56,286 nt of DNA from a virus (Duplodnaviria; Caudoviricetes): positions 1 through 56,286 of IMG/VR virus record IMGVR_UViG_3300047548_001281; one strand, 5' to 3'. The notes beneath the pieces were generated by a model that did no database searches, was not told the DNA's origin, and saw only the letters and a list, made by a program, of their open reading frames with translations. A program made the translations under genes and the position numbers. This document shows positions 17,576 through 27,354 of this stretch, piece by piece; position 1 is the stretch's first letter, and every line of letters begins with the position of its first letter.

Positions 17576-18268
17576 TTATTTGATATCTAAAGGTTTTTCT
17601 TTAGTCACTACTAGAGAATAGTGTTTTTCCCTGTAACGGTTTGTTACCTCGCCTTCTTTGATATCAACATCATATTCAACTAATTTAATATAATCTAATT
17701 TAAATCCTGTCCTTACTAAAAGTGCTGTAAGTTGTTCTGAACCTAAAACACTATAATGATTAGCGTTCCATTCATGCTTGCGCTCGCAGTCTGGTGCAGG
17801 AACTTCAATATACATCTTACCATATTGTTTTAGTAATCTGTTATATTCTATCAATGAAAATATTGGATAAGGACTATGCTCTAGTGCATGACGCAAGAAT
17901 ATAAAATCCACACTTTCGTCGGCGTATCCTTTATGTTGAGGTAAAAAGCTTAGGTCGTACATTTCAACATGATGGCCATTTTTCTTACAAACATCAATAT
18001 CTGCTTGACTCAATGTAATACCAGTCATGTTAGTGTATCCCCGACCTTTCATTAAATCCATAAAATATCCTGGCCCGCAACCTAAATCTAGTATCCTAGC
18101 GTCTTTGGGTAAACTTAGGGGTTCAACGTGTGTTTTAACTGCCTCTAAAGTCAATGATTTATGTAAGTTACTATCACCCTCATCATAAAGATGATTGGCA
18201 TATAGCCATTCTTGGTAAAATCTAATTTTGATGGGGTCAAATACTTTGGTAATATCTATCATATGCAA
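17576..18268 (-). CDS. class I SAM-dependent methyltransferase
   Basis: ILDLGCGPG motif I; HALEH; YIEVP. Confidence 0.88.
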   Translation of the reverse strand: MHMIDITKVFDPIKIRFYQEWLYANHLYDEGDSNLHKSLTLEAVKTHVEPLSLPKDARILDLGCGPGYFMDLMKGRGYTNMTGITLSQADIDVCKKNGHHVEMYDLSFLPQHKGYADESVDFIFLRHALEHSPYPIFSLIEYNRLLKQYGKMYIEVPAPDCERKHEWNANHYSVLGSEQLTALLVRTGFKLDYIKLVEYDVDIKEGEVTNRYREKHYSLVVTKEKPLDIK

Positions 18269-18313
18269 TCCTATATTTTATAAGATTACTTATTACATGT
18301 ACTAGGGTAGAAA

Positions 18314-18685
18314 TTATTTTTTATAGCCCTTGAAAGGCTTTACAGGACTTTGTATATTGGTATCAGATAGCTCTTCGCTTTCCATGTTGCCTTTATTTAG
18401 GTCTTCTATTTTAGGAATTCCCACGGTTTCATATGCCATATTAAGCATGTCTTGTTCTGCTTTAGTATAGGGATGAGCAGAGTTGTATTTGCCTATCCAA
18501 CTTTCTGCAGGTGATTGAGCATAAGTTTTACCATCGGTTGATGCTACCGCCATCATGACTCGGTTTAGCATATAAACTCTGTCAAAGGTGCTATCAGTAA
18601 ATTTATTTAATCCTCTAGTGGCTACCTGCTGATGGTCCGAAAGTTTTCCTTTTTTAGCTTCGTTAATAAATTCTTTAGCTCTCAT
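18314..18685 (-). CDS. probable internal head protein
   Basis: N-terminal MRAKEFINE; paralog of the adjacent gene (SP.KPFKGY tail). Confidence 0.65.
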   Translation of the reverse strand: MRAKEFINEAKKGKLSDHQQVATRGLNKFTDSTFDRVYMLNRVMMAVASTDGKTYAQSPAESWIGKYNSAHPYTKAEQDMLNMAYETVGIPKIEDLNKGNMESEELSDTNIQSPVKPFKGYKK

Positions 18686-19083
18686 CGCTTGTATCCTTTA
18701 AAGGGTTTCAATGGTGAGGTTTTAGTTGTATCAGGAACTTCACTACTATTGTTAGAAGCTATTTGAATTTTTCCTTTTTTATTGACCTTTTTTAATGCAG
18801 CGTCGATTACTTTTTCTAAATTAGTATCGTAGCTAACAACAATTTGATTTTCTCCCCAAGAACTTTCAGGTCGAAAGTCAGGCTTGAATCCATTACTAAT
18901 ATGGTCATCACCTGAAGTTCCTCGCACATCGGCAATAGCAACACCAAATCTATACAAGTCATAAAAATCATTGTTTTTTAATTCAGGTATAACAAATGCT
19001 TGAGGTAAGGATGCGCTGACGAGGTCCAAATAATCATGGGCGTCTTGTAATTTGCTTTCGCTGATAAATTCACGGGCTCTCAT
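18682..19083 (-). CDS. probable internal head protein
   Basis: N-terminal MRAREFISE; tail SPLKPFKGYKR. Confidence 0.65.
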   Translation of the reverse strand: MRAREFISESKLQDAHDYLDLVSASLPQAFVIPELKNNDFYDLYRFGVAIADVRGTSGDDHISNGFKPDFRPESSWGENQIVVSYDTNLEKVIDAALKKVNKKGKIQIASNNSSEVPDTTKTSPLKPFKGYKR

Positions 19084-19085
19084 TA

Positions 19086-19628
19086 TTACTCAGTAGATAA
19101 GTTTAAACCATTTTCGGTTGTCAATGTGCTACCCGTAGTATAGCCATCAGGTTGAATAGCTAGTCCAAGAGTTTGATCTCCTGCATAGTATGTAACCTGC
19201 GCTGATACAAAATGTAGTAATGTAGTGTTAAGAAGGGGATTTGCCATCAATCTTACATTTCCTTCGGATACATCCATTTCATATCTAGTACAAGGTGCAC
19301 CGTTGAACAAAGTGCTGTGCCCTGTCCATCGTACATTACTATAATTGTTCATTATTGCTGCATTTATTGTAATGTTCTGCGTGTCTTGACTATTGAGATT
19401 GCTTGTGTCGATCTGTAATGTTGCTTGTGTAAACTGATTTACAGGACATTCCCAAATTACCTGATTAGGTGTTAATCCTACCGAATAAGCTTCACTAGTA
19501 GAGAAATCAGTTGCAAATAATTTAGCAAAATTATTGTTAATCTTTCCAAAGGCAACACGAAGTGGGTCACCTTGTCCATCATTGGGTAACGCACCAATAT
19601 TAATAATTTCTTGCTGTTGTTGTGCCAT
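19086..19628 (-). CDS. virion protein with a T4 gp9/gp10-like N-terminus
   Basis: INIGALPNDGQGDPLRVAFGKINNNF motif; ATAAATA promoter. Confidence 0.7.
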   Translation of the reverse strand: MAQQQQEIINIGALPNDGQGDPLRVAFGKINNNFAKLFATDFSTSEAYSVGLTPNQVIWECPVNQFTQATLQIDTSNLNSQDTQNITINAAIMNNYSNVRWTGHSTLFNGAPCTRYEMDVSEGNVRLMANPLLNTTLLHFVSAQVTYYAGDQTLGLAIQPDGYTTGSTLTTENGLNLSTE

Positions 19629-19680
19629 AGAAGGTATCCCAGTAGTATTGTATTTATCTTTGGGATAATGATTTATAACT

Positions 19681-19953
19681 TCACTTATTTAAGTTGTCGT
19701 ATATTGATTTTTGTTCTTTATACCAGTTCTGCCATTCTGATACTAAATCAGCACAATTATGGTATTTTTCGTAATTACTGCGTACAGTCTGCATGAATTC
19801 GGACAATAAAACCGTGTCTTTGTCTATAGTTTTCAAAGGTCCACAAGCTTCCATTAATACATCAGGTGGGGTCGGAAATTTAGGACTTATAGGTACATGT
19901 GTTTGACAACCTACTAATAAAACTATAGATAATGTTGCGATTACTAATTTCAT
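19681..19953 (-). CDS. o-spanin (Rz1-like lipoprotein)
   Basis: Lipobox LVGC, Pro-rich segment, two further Cys. Confidence 0.75.
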   Translation of the reverse strand: MKLVIATLSIVLLVGCQTHVPISPKFPTPPDVLMEACGPLKTIDKDTVLLSEFMQTVRSNYEKYHNCADLVSEWQNWYKEQKSIYDNLNK

Positions 19954-20453
19954 TTCTTTGCTGACCTTGTAGCTAAACTATTATGTTCTTTTGTGTCGAT
20001 AGCAGTATTAGGAGTTAATACCTCATCAATTGATTTATTTTGTGCAGCGGCATTGTGCGATATAATTACTTCTTTAGGTATTTCACATTTATCGTTGTAC
20101 TTAACTACTTCACGGTCTATGTACTCTACAACTGCCTTGCCCTTTTCTTTAACTACTTCTCTTTTAGTTACTACTCGGGTAACTACTTCAGTATTAATTT
20201 TTTCACTTTGAGTTTCGGCGTTAGCTAATTTAACTTTTAAATCTGCCACTTCTTTTTCTAAATCAGCTTTCACTGATAGACCACCTTGCAAGTAAACACC
20301 TAATGTCAATACTAAAACGCTTATAACTTGTATAGGAAAAGAGTATTGTTTAATAAAAGGTATGAAATTTAGAACGAACCCCGCTAAGGTACCTATTATA
20401 CCTATACCAAGTATAATATGATATACGAAATCTGGAAATTCTAATAGCCACAT
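19950..20453 (-). CDS. i-spanin (Rz-like)
   Basis: N-terminal TM helices, coiled coil and C-terminal Cys; overlaps the o-spanin. Confidence 0.72.
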   Translation of the reverse strand: MWLLEFPDFVYHIILGIGIIGTLAGFVLNFIPFIKQYSFPIQVISVLVLTLGVYLQGGLSVKADLEKEVADLKVKLANAETQSEKINTEVVTRVVTKREVVKEKGKAVVEYIDREVVKYNDKCEIPKEVIISHNAAAQNKSIDEVLTPNTAIDTKEHNSLATRSAKK

Positions 20454-20461
20454 GATAATAT

Positions 20462-21442
20462 TTATCTCACTTTAGTGGCCATCATATCCAATCCTGGACA
20501 CGTACATGAACTTTTTGTGCATATTGTAGGATCTTTTTGAAATATCATTTCAGCAGAATCTAAATCAGTAATAGGTCCATCTACCTCACATACTCCCTTA
20601 AATATAGTTTTATGATCTATTCTCAAAATATTCACGCCTATATCACATTTCCATCCCTTATATATATTTTCCCCATTTTTGATAATGGTTTGAGGATTGA
20701 TAATACGCTGAGTTAAATCGTCATAGGTTATTTTCAATGCAGTGTTTATACCAGGTCTTTTACCTTGAACTTTTGTTATTATTTTTTTGCTCAATTTAGA
20801 ATCGAATTCTTTGAGTTTCAATAGCTGTTCTTCCGTACAAGTTGAATCGACATCATAAAACGCATCCCTCATGTCATTGATGCTTACATACGCACCTGTA
20901 TTTTCTAATATTTCACTGGCTGCATCAATTGCTGCATCTATTGTGTTTTCTGAATGAGTAACTAAACATGATGTAATTACAGGAACATTATGAAATAAAT
21001 TAAGTATTTCAATTATATGTCTATAATCAGAAGTCATATCAGGGTGATAGGAAATAGTTAGAAAATCCACTGTATTGCTTGCTTGCAATTCCTTCCACCA
21101 TCTCAATGTCCGGGACCCGTTTGATACTAAACTAATATAAGCACCTCGCTTTTTAAAATAATCCATCAATTCTATTAAATTAGGAAATAATGTTGGTTCC
21201 CCACCGGTAAACTGGATCCATAGTGGTTCACCACTACATGAGTTTATAATCTTATCGGCGTATATTTTATATGTTTCTAAATCAAACCATCTATCAGATC
21301 CATCTTTGTGCTTGGATCCGCAAAAACGACAATTATAGTTACAAACATTATGTATTTTCCATTCCACAAATTTATATTTTTGTGTAAATACCTTTTCTAC
21401 TTTGATAGGAAATATTTTTTTCATAGAATTATTTAGCTGCAA
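20462..21442 (-). CDS. radical SAM protein
   Basis: CNYNCRFC, FTGGEPT, SNG, Cys-rich C-terminus. Confidence 0.88.
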   Translation of the reverse strand: MQLNNSMKKIFPIKVEKVFTQKYKFVEWKIHNVCNYNCRFCGSKHKDGSDRWFDLETYKIYADKIINSCSGEPLWIQFTGGEPTLFPNLIELMDYFKKRGAYISLVSNGSRTLRWWKELQASNTVDFLTISYHPDMTSDYRHIIEILNLFHNVPVITSCLVTHSENTIDAAIDAASEILENTGAYVSINDMRDAFYDVDSTCTEEQLLKLKEFDSKLSKKIITKVQGKRPGINTALKITYDDLTQRIINPQTIIKNGENIYKGWKCDIGVNILRIDHKTIFKGVCEVDGPITDLDSAEMIFQKDPTICTKSSCTCPGLDMMATKVR

Positions 21443-22523
21443 ATTTACTTACATAGTCAGCAATTGTTTCTACTTCACTATCAGATAATTCAGAATAAAT
21501 GGGTAGGCTAATAACACCCTGCAATAACATTACACTTACACTCATCAAGTCGGGTTTGATTAGATCCCTTGATATAGGTAAATTGCTCAAAGCATGTTTA
21601 TAATGAATTTTAGCCTCTACTCCTTTGGTTTTTAGATAAGAATTCAGTTCATTTCTTTTTTCTGTATATAGGACAAATTTTTGATCCGAATGCTTTTCTA
21701 TATTGGCTGATAAACATTTTATAGGCAAATTTTTGAATCTTTCTAAGTAATATTTTCTTATTTGTTGCCTACGTTCTTGCCAACGATCTATATAATTTGT
21801 TCTTACTAAGATTTGAGCGCAGTCTTGTTCGCTCATTTTGCTATTAGTTCCAACAATTTCGTGACTGCCTCTAGCATTGTCACGATATAATCTTGCATAA
21901 TCATATAGTGCTTGGTTATTTGTCACAATAGCTCCACCATTACCACTGCTAGGTAAATTTTTAGTAGGATCGAATGAGATAGCCATACCTAATCCCACAT
22001 CACCCTCAGCCACTAACCAATGTTGAGCACCATCTACTATAACATGATTATAGCTTACTTCTTTATCAAAATGGGGCTTTGCCCCATAAATACCTACCAA
22101 ACAAATTATATACTCATTATTTCCTGCCGCACTACCATAATTTATAATGCCTCGGTTATCGGTATCACATAATTCTACTGTCCATCCTGCCATCAAAAAT
22201 GAATTCAAAGTGGCAGGATATGTTATATTGGGTATCAGAGCAACTTCTTTTTTTTTAGCGTTAGGCCTAATTTTATCGTACTGATGGGCTCTAAATCTAG
22301 CTATAATTTCCAATGCTTGAGAACCACTATGAACTGTTAGAGCAAATTTAGTTTTTGTTTTTTGTGTTAGCCAAGCCTCAAGTGTACTTGTATAATGGCC
22401 AGCCACTAAAATACCATCGCGGAGTGCAGAATCGGTAGCACTCAATAATTCGTCTTTTAGATTAGCGTATTGTCTTGCTAACCCGAAATGGGGAATTTTG
22501 TAACCACTGGTAATATTTTTCAA
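21429..22523 (-). CDS. DegT/DnrJ/EryC1/StrS PLP-dependent aminotransferase
   Basis: SGSQAL, VDGAQ, SFDPTKNL...GNGGAIVTN. Confidence 0.9.
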   Translation of the reverse strand: MKNITSGYKIPHFGLARQYANLKDELLSATDSALRDGILVAGHYTSTLEAWLTQKTKTKFALTVHSGSQALEIIARFRAHQYDKIRPNAKKKEVALIPNITYPATLNSFLMAGWTVELCDTDNRGIINYGSAAGNNEYIICLVGIYGAKPHFDKEVSYNHVIVDGAQHWLVAEGDVGLGMAISFDPTKNLPSSGNGGAIVTNNQALYDYARLYRDNARGSHEIVGTNSKMSEQDCAQILVRTNYIDRWQERRQQIRKYYLERFKNLPIKCLSANIEKHSDQKFVLYTEKRNELNSYLKTKGVEAKIHYKHALSNLPISRDLIKPDLMSVSVMLLQGVISLPIYSELSDSEVETIADYVSKFAAK

Positions 22524-23442
22524 ATCCTTCCTCTACATCAACTTTAGGATTAAATCCAAAATCTCGTTTAGCAGCATCAATATTTAGCGCACCCCGGCTT
22601 GGGAAGTCTAAATCTTTGTCTCTAACTTCTATCGTACCCTTACCTACTATTTTTATTGCTAATTTAGCAGCGTCAAGTAGTGTGTGACTATGACTTTTTG
22701 TGATGTTGTATATTTTGTTATGGGTATTATTAGATAATGTTGCAGCTACTATACCATCGGCGGCGTCATCAACATAAGTAAAGTCAAGTGCCTCGCTCGC
22801 ACCATTGACTTTTAAAACTTGTCCACGCATTGCTTGTAGTATGAATTTAGCAACTACTCTATCTTCAACGTCTAAGGGACCGTATACGGCACTAGGTCTT
22901 ATAATTGTATAATTAAAATCACTTGTTCTTTGATAATCTTTGACTAACATTTCTCCTGCTAGTTTCATTATACCGTATTGACCTTGAGGGCTGCAAATAG
23001 CATCTTCTTTTATATCATCCTTGAAATCTCCATAGACCATTGACGATGAAATATAAACAAGTTTTTTTACTTTGCGTTTTTTACAAACTTCTAAAATATT
23101 GATAAGACCCTCAATCATTACCCTACTAGCTGTAATAGGATCATTGTTAACTAATTTTTGCCTGGGGTAGCTCGCCAGATGAATAATAGTGTCAATGCTA
23201 TGTTTCTGTACTACCCAATCTATCCAATTTATATCACCTTTTGGCACTATATCAAATGTGTAAATATTACTGGCTTTAATTTTTTGCTTCCTTGATGTCA
23301 TCAAGTATTCTAAATCGGCAGCAGGAGTATGATTATAATTAGTTTTATTATCTAGTAAAACAGGATCGTACCCTATTTGTTCCAATTTAGATGCAACATT
23401 ATACCCAATTAACCCTAACCCACCTGTGACTAGTATTTTCAT
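22462..23442 (-). CDS. NAD-dependent epimerase/dehydratase
   Basis: ILVTGGLGLIG, SSSMVYG, YGIMK. Confidence 0.92.
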   Translation of the reverse strand: MKILVTGGLGLIGYNVASKLEQIGYDPVLLDNKTNYNHTPAADLEYLMTSRKQKIKASNIYTFDIVPKGDINWIDWVVQKHSIDTIIHLASYPRQKLVNNDPITASRVMIEGLINILEVCKKRKVKKLVYISSSMVYGDFKDDIKEDAICSPQGQYGIMKLAGEMLVKDYQRTSDFNYTIIRPSAVYGPLDVEDRVVAKFILQAMRGQVLKVNGASEALDFTYVDDAADGIVAATLSNNTHNKIYNITKSHSHTLLDAAKLAIKIVGKGTIEVRDKDLDFPSRGALNIDAAKRDFGFNPKVDVEEGFEKYYQWLQNSPFRVSKTIR

Positions 23443-23692
23443 TTAAACTTCAAACTCCAGTAAACAAAGTCTTTTTCCATTAATTGAGCAACTATTTTAA
23501 ATTCATAACCATAAGTATTCACATCCGTGTTTTTTGCCCAATAAATGTCAACAGCATTTTCCATTACCCACTTACCCACTTACCCACTTCAGTTTGTTGC
23601 CAGTTGTAAATTGGTTCTGCGGCGTATAAGTCCACATCATCTACATCAGATAGTTTAAATGTATGCACTATGCAAGATTTTAGATTGCTCAT
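23439..23692 (-). pseudogene. 81-aa gene frameshifted by one extra 8-bp repeat unit
   Basis: (AAGTGGGT)x3 at 23566-23589; with two units the frame reads MSNLK...TEVGKWVMENA...EKDFVYWSLKFK* and has ATGA overlaps at both ends. Confidence 0.75.
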
Positions 23693-24537
23693 ACTGCCAT
23701 TTTAGCCTTAATTGATCCATGTGATTCATAACCCACTAGTTCGATATCAGCCATTGTAAATTTGTCAATATCTTTAATGTCAGCATTAAGTTTGAGTTTA
23801 GGCATAGGGTATTCAGGTCTACGTAGTTGCTCTCTCACCTGTTCTACATGATCCTGATATATGTGAGTATCTCCCATTACTATCACAAGTTCGCCTACGC
23901 CGTAGTCACATACTTGAGCTAGCATATGTGTGAACAGTGCATAAGATGCTATGTTGAAAGGTAGACCCAAGAAAACATCTACGCTTCGTTGATACATTTG
24001 GCAAGAAAGTCTTTTATCGTTGCTTACAAAAAACTGCGCCATGACATGACAAGGGGGCAATGCCATTTGATCTAATTCACCTGGATTCCATGCTGTGATG
24101 ATATGTCTACGACCTGTAGGGTCTTTCTTTAAACCTTCAATTAACAATGACAATTGATCGACTTTAGGACCAATTCTAGGGCCCCACTCACGCCACTGAA
24201 CACCATAAATTCTACCTAAATCACCTTCAAATAATGCTTTAGGTTTCCAATAATCTGCTTCAGCGTTTGCTGTCCAAATTGTAGTTTTGTCGATGTTTCG
24301 GTCACCATGAAGAATTTCTCGTAATCTACGTTCATCACCTGATCCCTCAATGAACCAAAGCAGTTCGCTTACGACCGCTTTCCAAGCCAATTTTTTAGTT
24401 GTGACGGCAGGGAATCCTTCACGCAAATCAAAGCGAAGATTAGTGCCAAAAATACGATAGGTGCCAGTATTAGTTCTGTCATTACTCAATTCCCCTTCAG
24501 ATAAAATCTTCTTACATAAATCGTGATAAATTTTCAT
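23689..24537 (-). CDS. thyA: thymidylate synthase
   Basis: DRTNTGT, ELLWFI, YGVQWR, MALPPCH, YQRSVDVFLGLPFNIASY. Confidence 0.97.
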   Translation of the reverse strand: MKIYHDLCKKILSEGELSNDRTNTGTYRIFGTNLRFDLREGFPAVTTKKLAWKAVVSELLWFIEGSGDERRLREILHGDRNIDKTTIWTANAEADYWKPKALFEGDLGRIYGVQWREWGPRIGPKVDQLSLLIEGLKKDPTGRRHIITAWNPGELDQMALPPCHVMAQFFVSNDKRLSCQMYQRSVDVFLGLPFNIASYALFTHMLAQVCDYGVGELVIVMGDTHIYQDHVEQVREQLRRPEYPMPKLKLNADIKDIDKFTMADIELVGYESHGSIKAKMAV

Positions 24538-24989
24538 GTTCTTTTCCAAACTTCGTAAGTGTGGTCTATAAATTCTTCAATACTATATAGCGTGAATTCT
24601 CGTTCTAATTTTATCAAATCTATAAAAGTATCGCAATCGTAATTGGTATAAGTTCTAGTTAAATGTATAGTATCGATCATGTCCCAACAACTTTCAATCA
24701 ATCTAGCACCGCCAATAACCCAAGCATTGTGGTAATGCCTAAAATGATTGATGTTAGAAGTTTTAATAGCACCATTAGGTAAGTCCAGTTGTCTATATGA
24801 TACAACGATGTTTAAACGATTAGGTAACGGTTTTTTAGGTAAGCTGTCCCAAGTATTTCTACCCATCACTATAACTTGGCCATCAGTTAGGTTTTTAAAT
24901 CTAGGTAAATCACCTTGAATGACGCTCCAAGGTAATTTACCTTCGAATCCTATACCTCCACTAGGGTCGCACGCAACAATAGCTTTCAT
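24534..24989 (-). CDS. folA: dihydrofolate reductase
   Basis: GIGFEGKLPW, MGRNTWDSL, PLPNRLN, IGG. Confidence 0.93.
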   Translation of the reverse strand: MKAIVACDPSGGIGFEGKLPWSVIQGDLPRFKNLTDGQVIVMGRNTWDSLPKKPLPNRLNIVVSYRQLDLPNGAIKTSNINHFRHYHNAWVIGGARLIESCWDMIDTIHLTRTYTNYDCDTFIDLIKLEREFTLYSIEEFIDHTYEVWKRT

Positions 24990-25285
24990 TTCAAACTAGC
25001 TAATAGTCTATCTGTTTCCGGCTGCACTTCTTGGGCTATTTTTTCTATGTTTAGAACAAATTCTAGTTGAGTTATTAATGTATCTAACTCATATAATTTA
25101 TTACTAATAGCCTCTTCGATAGTTAAGGGGTCTAAACCCTGTTCCAATAATTTTTCGACGTTTATTGTTTGCTGCCTTTTACCTTCAAGTTTCAAAATTA
25201 TTTTTTTGATAAACTCTACTGGTATTTTTTGCTTATCAACGTCATCTAATATGTGTTCCCACTTATCAATGAATTCAGGCGACAT
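24986..25285 (-). CDS. hypothetical protein
   Basis: ORF coupled to folA. Confidence 0.7.
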   Translation of the reverse strand: MSPEFIDKWEHILDDVDKQKIPVEFIKKIILKLEGKRQQTINVEKLLEQGLDPLTIEEAISNKLYELDTLITQLEFVLNIEKIAQEVQPETDRLLASLK

Positions 25286-25943
25286 TTACTTTCTTGGCTC
25301 TTGGTTTGCGTGTTTTAGTTTCTGCTACTTCTACTACAGGTGCAGGCTCTAATGCGGCCGCTTCTTTTAATAATCTTTGCGCTTCAGCCATCAACCCGTT
25401 AGCTTCACGGCTCATACGTTCAGCTTGTTGACGCAAGTTTGCAGCAATGGCCTGATCACCTAGAGCATCACCTGAAGGTGCCTGTACAGGCGCTGTTGGA
25501 GGTGTACCTCGCATTCTGCGAGCTACGTCAGCAGGATCTTGTAATCCCAAGCTTTTATCCATTTCAGCTAACCTTTTTACTGCTGCCTCACCTTGCTCCA
25601 TTTCATTTAGGATCTTGTTCAATTCATCTAACTTGATTGTAGCGTTGGGTGCTGGGGTCATCACAACTTGTGATGTTTGTACTTTCTTTAGTTGATGTTC
25701 AGCATGTAAGACTTGTAGAATAATTCTACCGTCATTTGTATATGAACGATTTAGCGCGTCAGCAAGGCTATTGCTGTTTTGACCAATGTCGCTTTCAATA
25801 CACTTCATTAGTGGATCATGAATGTGCTGGTTCAATACTTCTGTATAAGTAACCAAGCACATATGTGGTTCACCAGGAATTTCACGGAAAATTACTGCTA
25901 CTTTCCTATCACCTATTTTGCCCACATGTCGTAAAAATGCCAT
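25275..25943 (-). CDS. hypothetical protein
   Basis: 222-aa ORF with GAGGAG SD. Confidence 0.78.
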   Translation of the reverse strand: MAFLRHVGKIGDRKVAVIFREIPGEPHMCLVTYTEVLNQHIHDPLMKCIESDIGQNSNSLADALNRSYTNDGRIILQVLHAEHQLKKVQTSQVVMTPAPNATIKLDELNKILNEMEQGEAAVKRLAEMDKSLGLQDPADVARRMRGTPPTAPVQAPSGDALGDQAIAANLRQQAERMSREANGLMAEAQRLLKEAAALEPAPVVEVAETKTRKPRAKKVNVA

Positions 25944-26005
25944 TATAGCTCTCCTCGTATATCGTACTTTTATTTACTGAGGATAACTATGTGATGAAAA
26001 TTATT

Positions 26006-26263
26006 TTATGCCCATTTCAGTTCATACACTAATGCTTCTTGAGGATTTTCAAAAGCTGGGCAGCCTGCTAAGGCAACTATTGAAAACAAATCGTGGTCGA
26101 CTTCATCGGGGTATACAACAGAAAACCTTCCCCTAAGATTGCTATAGATCCAGGCCCTTGACTCAGGAGTCAGTGGAGTTTTAGTAGCTACGAAATGAGG
26201 CGGCGTGAATTTTACTTCACGCTGCCCAAACCATGTTTGTGGGTCTATTTCATATTCATTCAT
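26006..26263 (-). CDS. small protein, distant LRW-family member
   Basis: C-terminus AFENPQEALVYELKWA. Confidence 0.65.
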   Translation of the reverse strand: MNEYEIDPQTWFGQREVKFTPPHFVATKTPLTPESRAWIYSNLRGRFSVVYPDEVDHDLFSIVALAGCPAFENPQEALVYELKWA

Positions 26264-26672
26264 TGTTCGTAAGAAGATCCAATACTTTATATTTTTCGTA
26301 TGCTTCTACAACCGCAGGCGTAGTATTATTGAGTGTAGGCACAACTTCTAGCCAAATTTGTTTTCTAAATTTACCTGCCCAGGGACCCTCCCAAGTACGA
26401 GGGAAAGTATTTGGCTGGTGAATTCTGCCTGTGTCCCAAAGCCTTTGTGCTAAACTCTTATATTCATACTCATTGATATCGTTAACATCATAGGCGTCAG
26501 GATCTTTTACGTATCCATTACCTGAATGGTAATAAGTATCGATTACAGTCATAAAATCTTTATAGGTACGGGCAGATGTACCTGCAACAATAAACAAAAC
26601 GTGCGCCTCTGACACTTCGCCCGTGAGAATGCTTTTTAGGCATTTACCCAAACTTGTACCAATATACCACAT
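26256..26672 (-). CDS. hypothetical protein
   Basis: ORF with YIGTSLG.C and RIHQP. Confidence 0.7.
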   Translation of the reverse strand: MWYIGTSLGKCLKSILTGEVSEAHVLFIVAGTSARTYKDFMTVIDTYYHSGNGYVKDPDAYDVNDINEYEYKSLAQRLWDTGRIHQPNTFPRTWEGPWAGKFRKQIWLEVVPTLNNTTPAVVEAYEKYKVLDLLTNNE

Positions 26673-27022
26673 TATACGATTACCTGTTTATGATTTTGAG
26701 CGCGGTCGCTATAGATTTGTTCGCCCTTGCTTCTAATCAGATCCACAATAAATTGTGGATTATCTCGGAATTGACTTTCAATGTCCTCGCGCGACAAGTC
26801 AGTGCTTTGAAAGGAATAGATTTCATAGTGGCGCTGAGAGTTATACCTTGCTCTTAAAATAAGCATATTTAGGTTAGGATACCCAGTTAGCTGTTCTTCT
26901 TTGAGAATAGCAATTGTACGCTTATGTTCCCACTCGGTGACATTGATTAGACACTCCAGCCCAAACATGTCCCACATGGCTAACCAAGTGATAGTATTAC
27001 TTGTTTGATTTTGTGAGTTCAT
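26672..27022 (-). CDS. hypothetical protein
   Basis: ORF with MWDMFGLE and RARYNSQRHYEIY. Confidence 0.7.
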   Translation of the reverse strand: MNSQNQTSNTITWLAMWDMFGLECLINVTEWEHKRTIAILKEEQLTGYPNLNMLILRARYNSQRHYEIYSFQSTDLSREDIESQFRDNPQFIVDLIRSKGEQIYSDRAQNHKQVIV

Positions 27023-27239
27023 AAATCATTTCCGCTTTAGAGATGGCATCTGATAAACTAGGGCAGTTTTCAGCAGCCGCCAAAATCTCTTTCCATTTAA
27101 ACCAGCGATTTTTTTCTAATACGCTGGGATCCACCTTGATTAATTCACGTTCACCTGATAGCGAGTCACGGGCATAAACCGTTTTCCCACCATCAGGCGA
27201 TTCGTATATCATTCTAAAATTATTTTTTGTGATCGTCAT
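26997..27239 (-). CDS. hypothetical protein
   Basis: IYESPDGGKTVYAR motif. Confidence 0.7.
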   Translation of the reverse strand: MTITKNNFRMIYESPDGGKTVYARDSLSGERELIKVDPSVLEKNRWFKWKEILAAAENCPSLSDAISKAEMIYELTKSNK

Positions 27240-27283
27240 AATACATTATCTAACATCTTTCTATAATAGTCAAGATAATTGGG

Positions 27284-27354
27284 TATAAATAGAATTGAGG
27301 ATCGCGGTACTGGTAATACCCACCCTCTCTAATGCTAAACAGGAGCACCAGCAA
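27284..27354 (+). promoter_or_regulatory. TATAAATA late promoter, structured leader and RBS-sequestering hairpin
   Basis: GAGGAT/ACCCTC and GGTA/TACC stems; TGCT/AGCA hairpin over AGGAG. Confidence 0.65.

Noticed and set aside
10524-24537. Introns or inteins in uvsX, terL or thyA
   Set aside because: All have normal lengths and contiguous motifs.
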